A stretch of DNA of 64,000 nt from the human T2T-CHM13v2.0 reference genome, Homo sapiens: the NCBI RefSeq assembly GCF_009914755.1, contig NC_060948.1, one strand, 5' to 3'. Below the pieces are notes generated by a model that saw nothing but the letters and a program-made list of their open reading frames with translations, had not been told where the DNA came from and ran no database searches. How positions within the stretch are numbered: the first letter of the stretch is position 1; the number at the start of each line of letters is the position of its first letter. Of this stretch, positions 62,710-64,000 are shown one piece after another. Position numbers and translations under genes: made by a program.

Positions 62710-64000
62710 AGATCCATATTTTTTAAATGAAAAAAAATTTCAAAGGTACTCTGCTTGGTACAATAATCAAATGTATAAACTGAGGAATAAAACATAACCA
62801 TGAAACCTACTTATAACTGCATATGGAAAATACAGAGGATAATTTTTTAAATAACATATTTGAAAGCCTTAACTAGTAATTTGAAGAGCTGGCATTTGAA
62901 AGGCCAGTATGAATATACCTTCAAAGCAGCAACACAGTTTCTCCAAGAGAAAAAGCAAACACAGGGAAAATAAAAACACAAAAGTTCAATCTCTTCTGAC
63001 CTTTGAAAGACACAGCACAGACAGTGGTCCTTAGGACGAAGAGCAGGAGACCCCTAATTCCGTCACCATGGCGATAGGGCATAAACATTGCTGGGTGAGG
63101 GCACAATCCACATTGTGAGGTCCAACTGCTGCCAGGAAGACAGGAGTGCTTTTACATAGACCGAAAGGTCATTGAAGGCTCAGAGTTTTGTTTCAAGAAC
63201 TGAATCCCAAGCCCACACGTTATTAGGCTGCGCTTCTTAAAGCAAGTTATGAGAAGGGAAAAAGGGCACCCACAAACATACGTATACATTATGTATATAA
63301 TAATATACAGTATCATATATATAATATATATAACCTATGTATAATATTGTTTTACATCCTGCATCTTATGTTATATATATTGTATAAAATATAATAATTG
63401 ATAATATATAAGTTTTATATTTATACAATATGACATATAGTATATATTATAATTTATGACATATATAATATATGTTATATATCATATATAGAATATATTA
63501 TACGGTTAATATACGTATTAAATATAAATTATACATTATATATATTATATATAATATATCTGTTATATATAATACCCATTATGCATAATATATATATTAT
63601 GTCTATGTTATATATAGTATAAAACAACATATAATAATATATAATTGTATATATAAAATGCGACATATTATATATTATATTTTATAACATATGTAATATA
63701 TATTATATATTATATATAATACGTTGTATGTTTAATACCTATATTAAATATATATTATATGACTATGTTATTAATTACATGTCACATGTGTTATATATTA
63801 TATATTTTACATAGAATATACCGGTTACATACAATATATACTATGTTACCTATTATGTATAATTTATTACATGTAAAATAAAGAATGCAATATATTATGT
63901 ATAATTTATAATATACCATATGTGGAATGTGATATATATAACATATAATATATGATATATGATATACAGTATATTATATATAACATACAATATATGATTC

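Overview
The whole 64 kb window is one head-to-tail tandem array of a ~2.42 kb composite satellite unit: about 26.5 copies, all in the same orientation, with unit lengths of 2413-2421 bp. Each unit has three parts: a ~570 bp moderately GC-rich HSATI-type segment, a ~1.56 kb extremely AT-rich degenerate (TA)n-derived segment, and a ~290 bp diverged, 5'-truncated antisense Alu with an internal 16 bp duplication. This architecture, the unit size and a predicted ~2145 bp HaeIII fragment match the known human DYZ2/HSat1B satellite, typical of Yq12 heterochromatin with related copies on acrocentric short arms. I see no credible genes: the listed ORFs are the same two short frames repeated per unit. 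I found no novel coding system. The informative signal is the array's internal history. A homogeneous domain (1-~36.1 kb) carries an incipient 4-mer/5-mer higher-order repeat and chimeric units. An abrupt switch at ~36.0-36.25 kb leads to a more diverged subfamily built from local tandem duplications, and an intermediate subtype follows from ~58.5 kb.
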